DNA from: a phage
Assembly (NCBI GenBank): GCA_033580375.1
Contig: GCA_033580375.1_4527.1
DNA length: 64,000 nt
Strand: one strand, 5' to 3'
The notes below the pieces were generated by a model, which ran no database searches, was not told the DNA's origin, and saw only the letters and a list, made by a program, of their open reading frames with translations. The translations under genes were made by a program, and so were the position numbers. Positions 1-8,377 of this stretch are shown piece after piece (positions within the stretch are counted from its first letter, which is position 1; each line of letters starts with the position of its first letter).

Positions 1-173
1 ACCTTTAATGCATTGATAGATGGCATTGCATTATATTCGTTAACGTGGCTCTTTATAATTTTAAAGACATTTTTTGCCGGTCCACGCTCAAAATACTCAG
101 AATCCATATAAGGCCAGACCTTAGAAAAATAAGCCTGGTCGTATACGAGATGAGACAAAATAATTTCTACCAC
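1..173 (-). CDS. 41: Replicative DNA helicase gp41, N-terminal fragment (runs off window start)
   Basis: Minus-strand translation from GTG (171-173) gives VVEIILSHLVYDQAYFSKVWPYMDSEYFERGPAKN..., matching my recollection of the T4 gp41 N-terminus; AAGGAG SD at 178-183 (minus sense); synteny downstream of uvsX-40. Confidence 0.7.
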   Translation of the reverse strand, partial: MVEIILSHLVYDQAYFSKVWPYMDSEYFERGPAKNVFKIIKSHVNEYNAMPSINALK

Positions 174-182
174 GATAACTCC

Positions 183-524
183 TTAAAAGAATTTAAATTT
201 TTTCTTGGTTCGTTCATTAAAAGCTTGTTGTACCTGCATTGTAACACATTTTTCAACATGCGGCGCAAGTTCTGCTTTTCTGTCCTGGTCAAGAACTGCA
301 AAGTCCATTACGATTTTACCATCAACCCAGTCTAGTTTTGTAATATAGACTATATGATGAGAACCGTCTTCAAGTGTAATCAGAATCTCTTGAATGACGT
401 TTTCCATTGCTGAACGGATAATTTTAAGAGATTCATTAAACACTCGTTCTTTGCGAATGTCTTCCCCTTCCGAAGAAGGGGATTCATCAACGATTTCTAG
501 ATTTAAATCATCGAGATTATTCAT
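183..524 (-). CDS. 40: gp40-like head vertex assembly chaperone (113 aa)
   Basis: ORF track 183..545 begins with TTG; first ATG at 522-524 overlaps uvsX stop in an ATGAATAA arrangement; position between uvsX and 41 as in T4. Confidence 0.55.
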   Translation of the reverse strand: MNNLDDLNLEIVDESPSSEGEDIRKERVFNESLKIIRSAMENVIQEILITLEDGSHHIVYITKLDWVDGKIVMDFAVLDQDRKAELAPHVEKCVTMQVQQAFNERTKKKFKFF

Positions 525-1689
525 CGAAATCTTCCATTTCGTCAAGGTCGTTTTCTATATCTGCTGCAGATGGAGCATCAGAAGTTTTAACCGGAACTTT
601 AGTTGTTGCTTTGCAATTAATAAGGTCGTTAACTGCGTCATCAACTTCTTTAATAGAAGAGATAGCGCCTAGTTTATATTTAGTTTCAATTGCATCTCGG
701 AAAGGTTTGTGTTTAAACAACGGTCCCCAGAATTCTACGCAATCAGTAGCTTTAGCACGCCATGATTTCTCTTCACGAATCATTTCACCTGTTTCTTCGT
801 CAAGGAATTCACGAGCATACCAACCGGCTTTAGGTTTAACCACAAAACCAATTTCAGTTGCCATTTCTAACAAGCCACTGAATGGGTCAATACCGCCATC
901 AAAATTAACCGTGATCGGGAAAGTAGATTTCTCTTTAACAGTACGAGATTTTTCTGCTTTCAACGTGAAGTCATAACCGGTCAATTCTGTACCTTCTTTA
1001 ACCTGACGTTTAGAGATAAAGAATACAGTGTTAGCAGAGTAAAGAATACCTGTACCACCACCCATAATCTCTTTAGGATATAGTCCACCGATTTCCATTG
1101 CTGTATGGTTAATTGCAACACATGGAATATCTTTAATAGTCAGATACGGGGTCACAATACGGAACAGAGATTTAAGTGCCTTAGCACGAGACATATCACC
1201 TACGACTTTCTCGTTCAATGCATCTTCGGTTTCTTTCTTAGATGCAGTATTACCGATTGAATCGATAAAGATAATAACTTTATCACCGCGTTCAATAGCG
1301 TCAAGCTGATTAGTCATATCAACTTTAAGTTGTTCGACGGACTGAATTGGTGTGTGAACTACACGGTCTAAATCAACACCCATTGAACGAAAATAAGATT
1401 CTGAAGCACCGAATTCTGAATCATAGAACAAACAAATTGCATCTTTATATTTCTTCATATACGCTGCAACCATGGTCAGCCCAAACAATGTTTTAAAATG
1501 TTTAGAAGGTGCAGCAAAAATAGTCAAGCCTGATTGCAATCCTGCATTCAGAGCACCACCTAGTGCAATATTCAACATCGGAATACGAGTAGGGACTTCA
1601 TCGCGATTATTAAACAGCTTAGACTTAGTCAAGTCTGCAGTCATTTTAGAAGTAGAAGCTTTAATCAGACGAGATTTTAAATCAGACAT
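517..1689 (-). CDS. uvsX: UvsX recombinase (RecA-like), 390 aa
   Basis: MSDLKSRLIKASTSK... with RecA-fold motifs and strong resemblance to the T4 UvsX sequence as I recall it; ATG verified at 1687-1689. Confidence 0.95.
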   Translation of the reverse strand: MSDLKSRLIKASTSKMTADLTKSKLFNNRDEVPTRIPMLNIALGGALNAGLQSGLTIFAAPSKHFKTLFGLTMVAAYMKKYKDAICLFYDSEFGASESYFRSMGVDLDRVVHTPIQSVEQLKVDMTNQLDAIERGDKVIIFIDSIGNTASKKETEDALNEKVVGDMSRAKALKSLFRIVTPYLTIKDIPCVAINHTAMEIGGLYPKEIMGGGTGILYSANTVFFISKRQVKEGTELTGYDFTLKAEKSRTVKEKSTFPITVNFDGGIDPFSGLLEMATEIGFVVKPKAGWYAREFLDEETGEMIREEKSWRAKATDCVEFWGPLFKHKPFRDAIETKYKLGAISSIKEVDDAVNDLINCKATTKVPVKTSDAPSAADIENDLDEMEDFDE

Positions 1690-1757
1690 TGTATTTTTCC
1701 ATAGGCATCATTATATTTTACTCATGTTTAAAAGATAAGATGATTATATACTAATGA

Positions 1758-1766
1758 TTATACAGC
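1758..1766 (-). promoter_or_regulatory. Candidate extended -10 promoter (TGcTGTATAAT, minus sense) upstream of uvsX
   Basis: Minus strand reads ...AAATGCTGTATAATCAT... about 75 nt upstream of the uvsX ATG; no clear -35 seen. Confidence 0.35.
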
Positions 1767-1788
1767 ATTTAAAACTTTAAACAGGCTC

Positions 1789-2337
1789 TTAACGAGCCCA
1801 TTTGATGATTTCTGTAATCAAATCATTACGTTCGCTTGCATTAAATCCTATAACTTTGTTAGCACCATCATGATTAAGTAATTGATACGTTTGGATTTTG
1901 TTATGAATTGCAAACTCTTCAAAATGTGAAATGACTGTATTAAAACTGAGTGAAGACAAAGTAATAAGATCGTCTTCAAAACTTTCAGTCATTTCGTTAC
2001 GTGTTAAAATAATTGTGAACACGTCATGGTTTTGGCAAAGACGAACATAATCCTGCTCATAAACATCAAGAACCGAGTCCGCATCTTGTCGAATACGTCC
2101 ATAAACCCAGTTACTAATATATCCACGGTCTAACAGATAAATCTTAGTAGGGTCTAAATAATTCAACATCGTTTCGAAACAACCAACTTCATTTCGAGAC
2201 TTAACATCGAAACGTCCATCAACTGTTCGTTTAGGGAAATCAATCTTTACATATCTTTCACTAATTTCCATTATGACATTAATGAAAGTTGTTTTGCCGG
2301 CATTATCTGGGCCATCTACTAAAATAATTTTAGCCAT
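1789..2337 (-). CDS. P-loop nucleotide kinase-like protein (thymidylate-kinase-like), 182 aa
   Basis: Walker A GPDNAGKTT near N-terminus and LLDRGYISNWVYG (DRY-type motif of dNMP kinases); ATG at 2335-2337 with GAGGAA SD; occupies the locus where T4 has beta-gt. Confidence 0.6.
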   Translation of the reverse strand: MAKIILVDGPDNAGKTTFINVIMEISERYVKIDFPKRTVDGRFDVKSRNEVGCFETMLNYLDPTKIYLLDRGYISNWVYGRIRQDADSVLDVYEQDYVRLCQNHDVFTIILTRNEMTESFEDDLITLSSLSFNTVISHFEEFAIHNKIQTYQLLNHDGANKVIGFNASERNDLITEIIKWAR

Positions 2338-2338
2338 T

Positions 2339-3235
2339 TTATTCCTCGATTACGACATCTTCGTATTTAGGTATATTATACGGCGAAGAAATTAAAGCAT
2401 TAAAGTAGATGAACTCACCAAGACCTGGATGGAATACTTCTTCAGGATTTTCGAAATATTGAATCTTCGGACGTCCTTTAAGAATTTGATAGTACTCAGT
2501 TTTAGTTGGTTTAAAAATTCGAATCAGCGCTTCTTCAGGATACTTATTTCTGTCGAAGCTATTATTTGGATCGGTTATATAAAGTGGTTGTCCTAATTGA
2601 ATTGCACATTCAACCACTTGTTCAAAATGATAACACGGATCACTAATTCGAAATGGATGAAAAATACCATCTACATGAATAGGAGCCAAATCACCTACAA
2701 GACGCTGCATGATGGAAGGACGTATAACTTTCTGCGTTACGATAATCTTATTATCTGCGCCAGCGTTAACCAGCACTTCTTTTTGACGTTCATTCAACAC
2801 AGTAGTTTGAAGTGAACGATTAACCGACAACATGTCGGTTTTTAAGAATTCGTCAATATAAAAACGTGGTTTATTAGGGTCTGCAGTGATATTGAAATTG
2901 AATTCTACATCAAAAGCGCCGTCATATCCAGTGATATCTGTGATTAGAAAATCACAATCATAATAAGCAATTAATGAATCAACAACAAATTCATTTTCAG
3001 ACCAGAAATATTTACGAGTGTTATACGCGTTATCTTTATACCATAATGGAACAAACTTAAATTCTGGGAAAAGACGTTCACATTCTTTAATATCAGATGC
3101 ATTACGTGGATATGTAATCACATCACCCGGATTAGCACGGTGCAAATGAAGTTGGAAGTTGCCATCCTTAAGGATAGCATACTGTCCAGTTTCATAAGAC
3201 CGCATACTCAAGATTGGTACGCGGAAAATAGCCAT
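2339..3235 (-). CDS. Hypothetical protein, 298 aa (beta-gt locus; candidate DNA sugar transferase, unproven)
   Basis: Long intact ORF, ATG 3233-3235 overlaps gene 42 stop (TAATG); no family recognised by eye. Confidence 0.6.
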   Translation of the reverse strand: MAIFRVPILSMRSYETGQYAILKDGNFQLHLHRANPGDVITYPRNASDIKECERLFPEFKFVPLWYKDNAYNTRKYFWSENEFVVDSLIAYYDCDFLITDITGYDGAFDVEFNFNITADPNKPRFYIDEFLKTDMLSVNRSLQTTVLNERQKEVLVNAGADNKIIVTQKVIRPSIMQRLVGDLAPIHVDGIFHPFRISDPCYHFEQVVECAIQLGQPLYITDPNNSFDRNKYPEEALIRIFKPTKTEYYQILKGRPKIQYFENPEEVFHPGLGEFIYFNALISSPYNIPKYEDVVIEE

Positions 3236-3951
3236 TAGTCAAGGAATCCTTTAACATAATCAAAATCACGTTCAAACACATGGGCACTTACCATGGTATG
3301 AGTATAATCACCAACTTCTACACCGCATTCGTTAGCGATATAATGAAGTAATTTTCCTTGGAGATAAAAATCCAACTGCATAACAACAGCACAGTTCTGA
3401 GAACGCATATGACAGTGGGTATAAAGCTTACCATCACGAATATAATAAGTCACTGAGTCAGTACATGGATATTCAAGTGTTTCATCTGAATCAAGCAAAG
3501 CCTGATCAGAACTTTCTAGAATTTGGAACACAACTCTTCGAGAGTTAGGTTTTTCTTTAAGTTCTTTTAGAAGAGCTGGTAATTGAGCCGCAATGCGAGG
3601 ACCATAGAAAGTGTTGAAGTTTGCAGGCAAAGCATCTGATTTTGGTTTAGAAATAAATTTAGCGACATTAGGATATGCCTTAAACGCTTCTTCTGCATCA
3701 GTACCACCGGAAATCATAAACTTCCAGAAGTCTTCGGCATATTCATAAGATATGCGATTAATACGTGGGTCGGTCATTTTGAATGATGATGGAGTGTCAA
3801 CAACTACTGTCATAGACCCAATTTCATTACAACGTCCAATACGAGAATCAGTTACGAATTCTGGGTTTTCTAAAATTTCACGATTGACTGCTTTAAATGC
3901 GGTTTGAAAATCTGCGGCTTTGATATATTTCATTGTGTTATGTTTTCCCAT
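3235..3951 (-). CDS. 42: dCMP hydroxymethylase (thymidylate synthase family), 238 aa
   Basis: Catalytic-Cys region CTDSVTYYIRDGKLYTHCHMRSQN aligns with the ThyA/dCMP-hydroxymethylase active-site block (T4 gp42-like); ATG 3949-3951 with GAGGT SD; synteny. Confidence 0.8.
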   Translation of the reverse strand: MGKHNTMKYIKAADFQTAFKAVNREILENPEFVTDSRIGRCNEIGSMTVVVDTPSSFKMTDPRINRISYEYAEDFWKFMISGGTDAEEAFKAYPNVAKFISKPKSDALPANFNTFYGPRIAAQLPALLKELKEKPNSRRVVFQILESSDQALLDSDETLEYPCTDSVTYYIRDGKLYTHCHMRSQNCAVVMQLDFYLQGKLLHYIANECGVEVGDYTHTMVSAHVFERDFDYVKGFLD

Positions 3952-4132
3952 GTTTACCTCAATACAATTTATTATATACTCAATTCGTAAAGCTTATTTG
4001 AATTTCTTGGCAATGTTGATATAACGTAAAGCTTCAGCATCGATACTTCCAAGAACACTATGAAGAAATGCATCAGCTTAGTATTCTAATTGAACAGGTT
4101 CTTTAATCACTTTAGCCGCTTTGGTTTCAAAC

Positions 4133-4152
4133 AGGCCCATAAGGGCCTTTTT
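4133..4152. terminator. GC hairpin AGGCCC-ataa-GGGCCT followed by TTTT on the plus side
   Basis: Perfect 6-bp stem read directly; T-run only on the plus strand, so function for the minus-strand operon is uncertain. Confidence 0.35.
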
Positions 4153-4229
4153 AAGAATTTGTTCGTTAGTGTTCAGTTTCATAGTCAAAATCTCTTCATT
4201 AAGTTTATAATTAAAAGCTTTTCTAGAAA

Positions 4230-5390
4230 TCATTCCGGGTACCTCAAAGCGTCATCAGAGTTAGTTATATCAATAATAGATATGGAGTTTTCTGCTAACC
4301 CGTTTTTAGATAATTGACGTTTGTAATATCTTTCACAATATGTACACGTTGACCCACAGATTTCATTAGCACAATCGAAATCCGGATGTCTGAACCACCT
4401 TTTTTCTAAAAAGCCATCTAACAAAGAGGTTTCAATATTTACTGTATGTGAAAACTCAGTCTCATTTTCAAGAGTGAAAATAGTCTCTAAAGGCTTCCAC
4501 AGTTCTAACAAATTACCTTCAAACTTTTCAGAAGCGTATGCTTCAAGAACTTTCAAAATGTAGTCTGTGCTACCTGTACGTCCTGAAACTTTGAATTGAG
4601 TGATACCAATATCATTATAAAGTTTCAAATCTTGAGGACGAACAAAACGAGTTCTCAGCCAGTTAAATGGGTCTGTATCACGAGCTTTAATGCAGTGTTG
4701 CATTGGATATCCATTTAAGGATTTAGCATCATCAGCGGTAACATCAGTACTATGGAAAATATAGCAAGAGTCACGATAACTACAATGTGTTGTATACCCT
4801 TTACCAGCATTAGAACAGAACTCATTTACAAGAACTTCAAATATTATATTGTTCTTATTGCAAAACTCTGCTGCACGCTTCAGGAAAGAAACTGAACGGT
4901 TCTTATGAATTCCACAGCAGACCTTTTTGATATTATATTGGTCATGCAAGTATTTGATTTGAGTTACGGCATCAACATGTAGAATTGTTGAAACTTCAAT
5001 CTCAATATCTTTATTGACTTCACGAACAATTTCCATAACAACAGGGTTAGCGATAGTAATACGCCATACACCTATTGACCAAAGATACTGAACATAATCC
5101 TGAATAGCTTTCTTCTTCCACTCAACTAGTTCTCTTTTTGAACCAGGATTTATCGTGTTGAGTGTATAGTTAAAGCAAATACCTAATTCGTTACAACGTT
5201 TAACATAGTCTTCTAACATTTTTTTGTCAACGTCAGGAAGCCTAAAATCAGGTCTGGCTGCTACAAAAGCCATTTCTCTTGTAGAGCCATATACTTCGTT
5301 TATCAAGCTATTAGGATAAGTTTTATTGAGCTCTACGATTTTATCAAGAAGAGCTAAATCAAAATTCGTTCCGATTTTAAAAGTATTCAT
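4230..5390 (-). CDS. Hypothetical protein, 386 aa; possible TIM-barrel / peptidase-U32-like, Cys-rich C-terminus
   Basis: Intact ORF, ATG 5388-5390; N-terminal pattern EVYGS...ARPDF...CNELGICFNYTLNTIN and Cys cluster NEFCSNAGKGYTTHCSYRDSC weakly resemble U32-family proteins; C-terminal CANEICGSTCTYC; first gene of the inserted block. Confidence 0.55.
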   Translation of the reverse strand: MNTFKIGTNFDLALLDKIVELNKTYPNSLINEVYGSTREMAFVAARPDFRLPDVDKKMLEDYVKRCNELGICFNYTLNTINPGSKRELVEWKKKAIQDYVQYLWSIGVWRITIANPVVMEIVREVNKDIEIEVSTILHVDAVTQIKYLHDQYNIKKVCCGIHKNRSVSFLKRAAEFCNKNNIIFEVLVNEFCSNAGKGYTTHCSYRDSCYIFHSTDVTADDAKSLNGYPMQHCIKARDTDPFNWLRTRFVRPQDLKLYNDIGITQFKVSGRTGSTDYILKVLEAYASEKFEGNLLELWKPLETIFTLENETEFSHTVNIETSLLDGFLEKRWFRHPDFDCANEICGSTCTYCERYYKRQLSKNGLAENSISIIDITNSDDALRYPE

Positions 5391-5448
5391 TTTTTTGCAT
5401 CTCGCGTTAATTGATGCGATGGGTTTTTTGCAGGTCTTACTTAAATTA

Positions 5449-5835
5449 TTATAGATTCGGTTTATACGATTTAAATGTTTCGAATTCGCCTTTATTCATA
5501 AGAGCTTTGAATTCGTCAGGACGCATAGCTTTGTCGTCGATAATCCAATCATATACTGGTTTATGTGTTAGCAAATTATGGTACTTCAAACCAATGTTTT
5601 CCAAGTTCTGAATCAGACTTGGGAGAATGTCAATTGCTATACGACCAGGACCTACTGACTTCATACCACGAGCAGTGTAAAGCGTTATGGTATGCCCTGC
5701 ATCATACAGGGCATTAATGGCGGTCACCATTTCGACGTCTGGTTTGAAGTTCGCGTAATCACGATTGTTATTCCATTCCGTGATGCAATCATCGACATCA
5801 AAACAAAGATTAAGCATGTTTTCTACACGGCGCAT
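5449..5835 (-). CDS. HAD-superfamily phosphatase, about 128 aa
   Basis: HAD motif I LCFDVDDCIT near N-terminus; ATG at 5833-5835 overlaps upstream stop (TAATG); ORF track start 5850 is an alternative. Confidence 0.7.
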   Translation of the reverse strand: MRRVENMLNLCFDVDDCITEWNNNRDYANFKPDVEMVTAINALYDAGHTITLYTARGMKSVGPGRIAIDILPSLIQNLENIGLKYHNLLTHKPVYDWIIDDKAMRPDEFKALMNKGEFETFKSYKPNL

Positions 5836-7520
5836 TAGATTCGTTCCCATTGATGAGTGATATCGCCACCGATTGGACGATAGGAAACACCAGTTTCTTT
5901 ATCAGTTAGTACCCATTTACCAGGATTTTTTGTAATCAGAGTAGCCGTTACAGGTTCTGCTACGTCATAACTAATAGAGCCGTCTTGAAGTACACGACCC
6001 ATGTTACGTAATTGCTTAGTCAGAAGTTCCATACCTTTATAATATGCGGCTACCGCTTTAAGTGGATTATTCTTGAAATAACCACCTAATGCAATCCAGA
6101 TAATCGCCACTGCCAAATGATGATACTCGTTAAACGAACTCATCTTTCCATATTTGTAAACTAATGGATTGATGTTAATAGTCACATTACAAGTTGTTTC
6201 GTCAATAGTAAACTGTCCCCAGGTCGGATTAGCATTGAATTCATCATAACCTGAAACAGCATAAAGCACTTTAGCTTCATCGTACAATTTTGGCCCGTAA
6301 ATCTTGGTTTCACCAAAATATCCACGAGGGTCGATAAACTTGACTTCGCCGTTATCAGTAATCATAGTATTACTGAAGTTCGGGTCACCGTGAATAACAG
6401 AGTACTGTCCCTGAGAACGGTTATGATAACGAATAAGGTGTTCTAAAGCTTGTTTCAACATTGGCTTCAGACGTCCAATCTTAGTGTAGTTCACATGTGT
6501 GATTTTACCAAATGAATCAATCAATGGTTGAATGCTTTCACAACGATCAATAACTTTCGTATAGAATTCTTTAGTGAAATCACGACGAACAGTTTCAGGA
6601 CTTACAAAATAAATGTCTGTGCTGAATTTCAGTGCATCTAAAATTGCATCAACAATTTGTGGACGAGCAAGACTTGATTTGGATTTAATATATTCAAATG
6701 CTGGCTTACCTTTAATGCGTTCCATTTCAAAGTTATTTTCATTAACAGAAACTAACTGAGGAACTGAATCTGATTTTACTTTCAAATACCATGAAATCTC
6801 ATCTTTTTGAAGAGCTCGTCCCTGTTCTGTTAATGCGAATTTAGTTACAGTTTCTTCACCAATTTCAACTGCATTAAAACTACGATTAAGTTCACGAACT
6901 TCATGAGCCTTTTCAAGTTTAGGCATATCACCTAAATCAATTAGATTCATAAGCTCTGATTTATTGAATGCACTGCCGTAAAGGAATTCTACAAAATCAC
7001 GTCCTTTACAGTATTCGTGAATTTCCTCGTCAGTAGAACCCATGTAGAATTCCCAGTCTTTGAACTGATAAATTCCTACAACATTACCGCCTGTTGAACC
7101 TACGTTAGTGATATTTTCACCATCGAAATTATATCGACATTCATCACCCTTAACATAGATTGCGTTAACATTCCAAGACCATGAACCAAAATCTGGAATA
7201 ATATCACACCAGTTAACAACTACGTTATGGCCGTCTAAATCTTTATGTAATTTAGCAAGAGCATAAGCAGAACCATACGCTTCATCAACTGTACGAATAG
7301 TCACATTGAACCCTTCTTGCTCACAATAAGCTCGAACAGTTTCAGCAAATTTTGAATGAACTACTACAATAATTTCATCTGCACCAAGGTCAGAATAAAT
7401 TGTATACAAATTGCTCAGAATAGTGTCTTGTTTATAGTTCACAAGAACTTTTGGAATATGGTGAGTAATTGGATATAAACGAGTTGCCAGTCCAGCACCA
7501 AGAATAACAGCTTTTTTCAT
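5835..7520 (-). CDS. Bifunctional sugar-1-phosphate nucleotidyltransferase (N-term) / APH-like sugar kinase (C-term), 561 aa
   Basis: N-terminus MKKAVILGAGLATRLYPIT...PKVLV is a classic NDP-sugar pyrophosphorylase signature; C-terminal HGDPNFSNTMITDNGEVKFIDPRGYFG is an HxDxxxxN catalytic loop plus D-x-G of APH/choline-kinase-like kinases; ATG 7518-7520 with GAGGA SD. Confidence 0.8.
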   Translation of the reverse strand: MKKAVILGAGLATRLYPITHHIPKVLVNYKQDTILSNLYTIYSDLGADEIIVVVHSKFAETVRAYCEQEGFNVTIRTVDEAYGSAYALAKLHKDLDGHNVVVNWCDIIPDFGSWSWNVNAIYVKGDECRYNFDGENITNVGSTGGNVVGIYQFKDWEFYMGSTDEEIHEYCKGRDFVEFLYGSAFNKSELMNLIDLGDMPKLEKAHEVRELNRSFNAVEIGEETVTKFALTEQGRALQKDEISWYLKVKSDSVPQLVSVNENNFEMERIKGKPAFEYIKSKSSLARPQIVDAILDALKFSTDIYFVSPETVRRDFTKEFYTKVIDRCESIQPLIDSFGKITHVNYTKIGRLKPMLKQALEHLIRYHNRSQGQYSVIHGDPNFSNTMITDNGEVKFIDPRGYFGETKIYGPKLYDEAKVLYAVSGYDEFNANPTWGQFTIDETTCNVTININPLVYKYGKMSSFNEYHHLAVAIIWIALGGYFKNNPLKAVAAYYKGMELLTKQLRNMGRVLQDGSISYDVAEPVTATLITKNPGKWVLTDKETGVSYRPIGGDITHQWERI

Positions 7521-7548
7521 GTTGAAGTCCTCATTGGTAAGTAGGAGT

Positions 7549-7573
7549 ATTGTACACTATTCTAGTTAAAGCA
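7549..7573 (-). promoter_or_regulatory. Candidate MotA-dependent middle promoter (TGCTTTA box, 12 bp, TACAAT) upstream of the NTase/kinase gene
   Basis: Minus strand reads aTGCTTTAactagaatagtgTACAATactcc...; MotA-box consensus and spacing from established T4 knowledge. Confidence 0.4.
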
Positions 7574-7705
7574 TTCATACTTTGCTTGTAGTCCAATCAT
7601 AATCCATCCAATTACAAGTGTTGGAATCATTACTGGAGCCGTTAAGCTCCAGTAGATAGTCATGACAAGCATCAATAGTAAAAGTCCTATTGTTATTGCT
7701 TTCAT
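7562..7705 (-). CDS. Small membrane protein, 47 aa (not in ORF track)
   Basis: Hand translation MKAITIGLLLLMLVMTIYWSLTAPVMIPTLVIGWIMIGLQAKYECFN; ATG overlaps upstream stop as ATGA (translational coupling); single predicted TM helix. Confidence 0.45.
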   Translation of the reverse strand: MKAITIGLLLLMLVMTIYWSLTAPVMIPTLVIGWIMIGLQAKYECFN

Positions 7706-8337
7706 TGCTCGCCTCGTAACATGGCACCTAGAGCACCGCCAGGGTGGAACTTAAGGAAATCATTAGAGGTAAATCCACGTTCAGACGAAAGGTTGATAGC
7801 AAACGTATCGATAAGCGCTAACAACAATGTAGTGGACATGGTCGGAGCTAAAGAGTTCTCGTCAACTTCTACCGCGATACCGGTACAGAACGTATAATCA
7901 AAAAGAGCTTCGTATTCTTGCGGAATGTCAGGGTTACAATGTAACAGAATCTGTTTAACCTGAGGACGAATCATACGAAGATGTTTAGCAACACCTATCA
8001 TTTCTTCAGTCTTACCAGAACGACTGATGTGAACTAATACATCATTAGGTGCAATAAATCCTGCGTCGCCATGAGAATAATGCCCAGTGTTCAAATACAT
8101 GCTAGGAATACCGAGTGAAGCAAATGTCTCAGAAGCTTTAGTTGCAATATTAGCATTCTTACCAACACCTGTAATAATTACACGACTTTCATAATTACTC
8201 AGTCCAGGGCGTCGAAGAGTTTCAAGAATAGCATTATAACGAGCAGGGTTTTGACTAATTACTTTGGCCATAGCGGCCAAAGAAGAAGCTTGTTTTATGA
8301 TTGCGTCAATAGCGATAGTAATAGGAGTAGTTTTCAT
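7702..8337 (-). CDS. SIS-domain sugar-phosphate isomerase, arabinose-5-phosphate isomerase (KdsD/KpsF)-like, 211 aa
   Basis: GVGKNANIATKASETFASLGIPSMYL...HGDAGFIAPNDVLVHISRSGKTEE and FLKFHPGGALG closely resemble the KdsD/GutQ SIS domain; no CBS pair; ATG 8335-8337. Confidence 0.8.
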   Translation of the reverse strand: MKTTPITIAIDAIIKQASSLAAMAKVISQNPARYNAILETLRRPGLSNYESRVIITGVGKNANIATKASETFASLGIPSMYLNTGHYSHGDAGFIAPNDVLVHISRSGKTEEMIGVAKHLRMIRPQVKQILLHCNPDIPQEYEALFDYTFCTGIAVEVDENSLAPTMSTTLLLALIDTFAINLSSERGFTSNDFLKFHPGGALGAMLRGEQ

Positions 8338-8377
8338 ATTTCTCTCATTTAATTAGTTTACCGTCCTTGGCATTATA

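Noticed and set aside
1779-1800. Hairpin GGCUC-guuaa-GAGCC at the end of the kinase gene as a terminator
   Set aside because: Short 5-bp stem spanning the stop codon with a weak U-tract; not confident enough to annotate
4090-4317. Plus-strand 75-aa ORF, and a minus-strand 33-codon ORF, in the 42-module intergenic region
   Set aside because: No SD; the region is better explained by the GGCCC hairpin and promoter/terminator sequence
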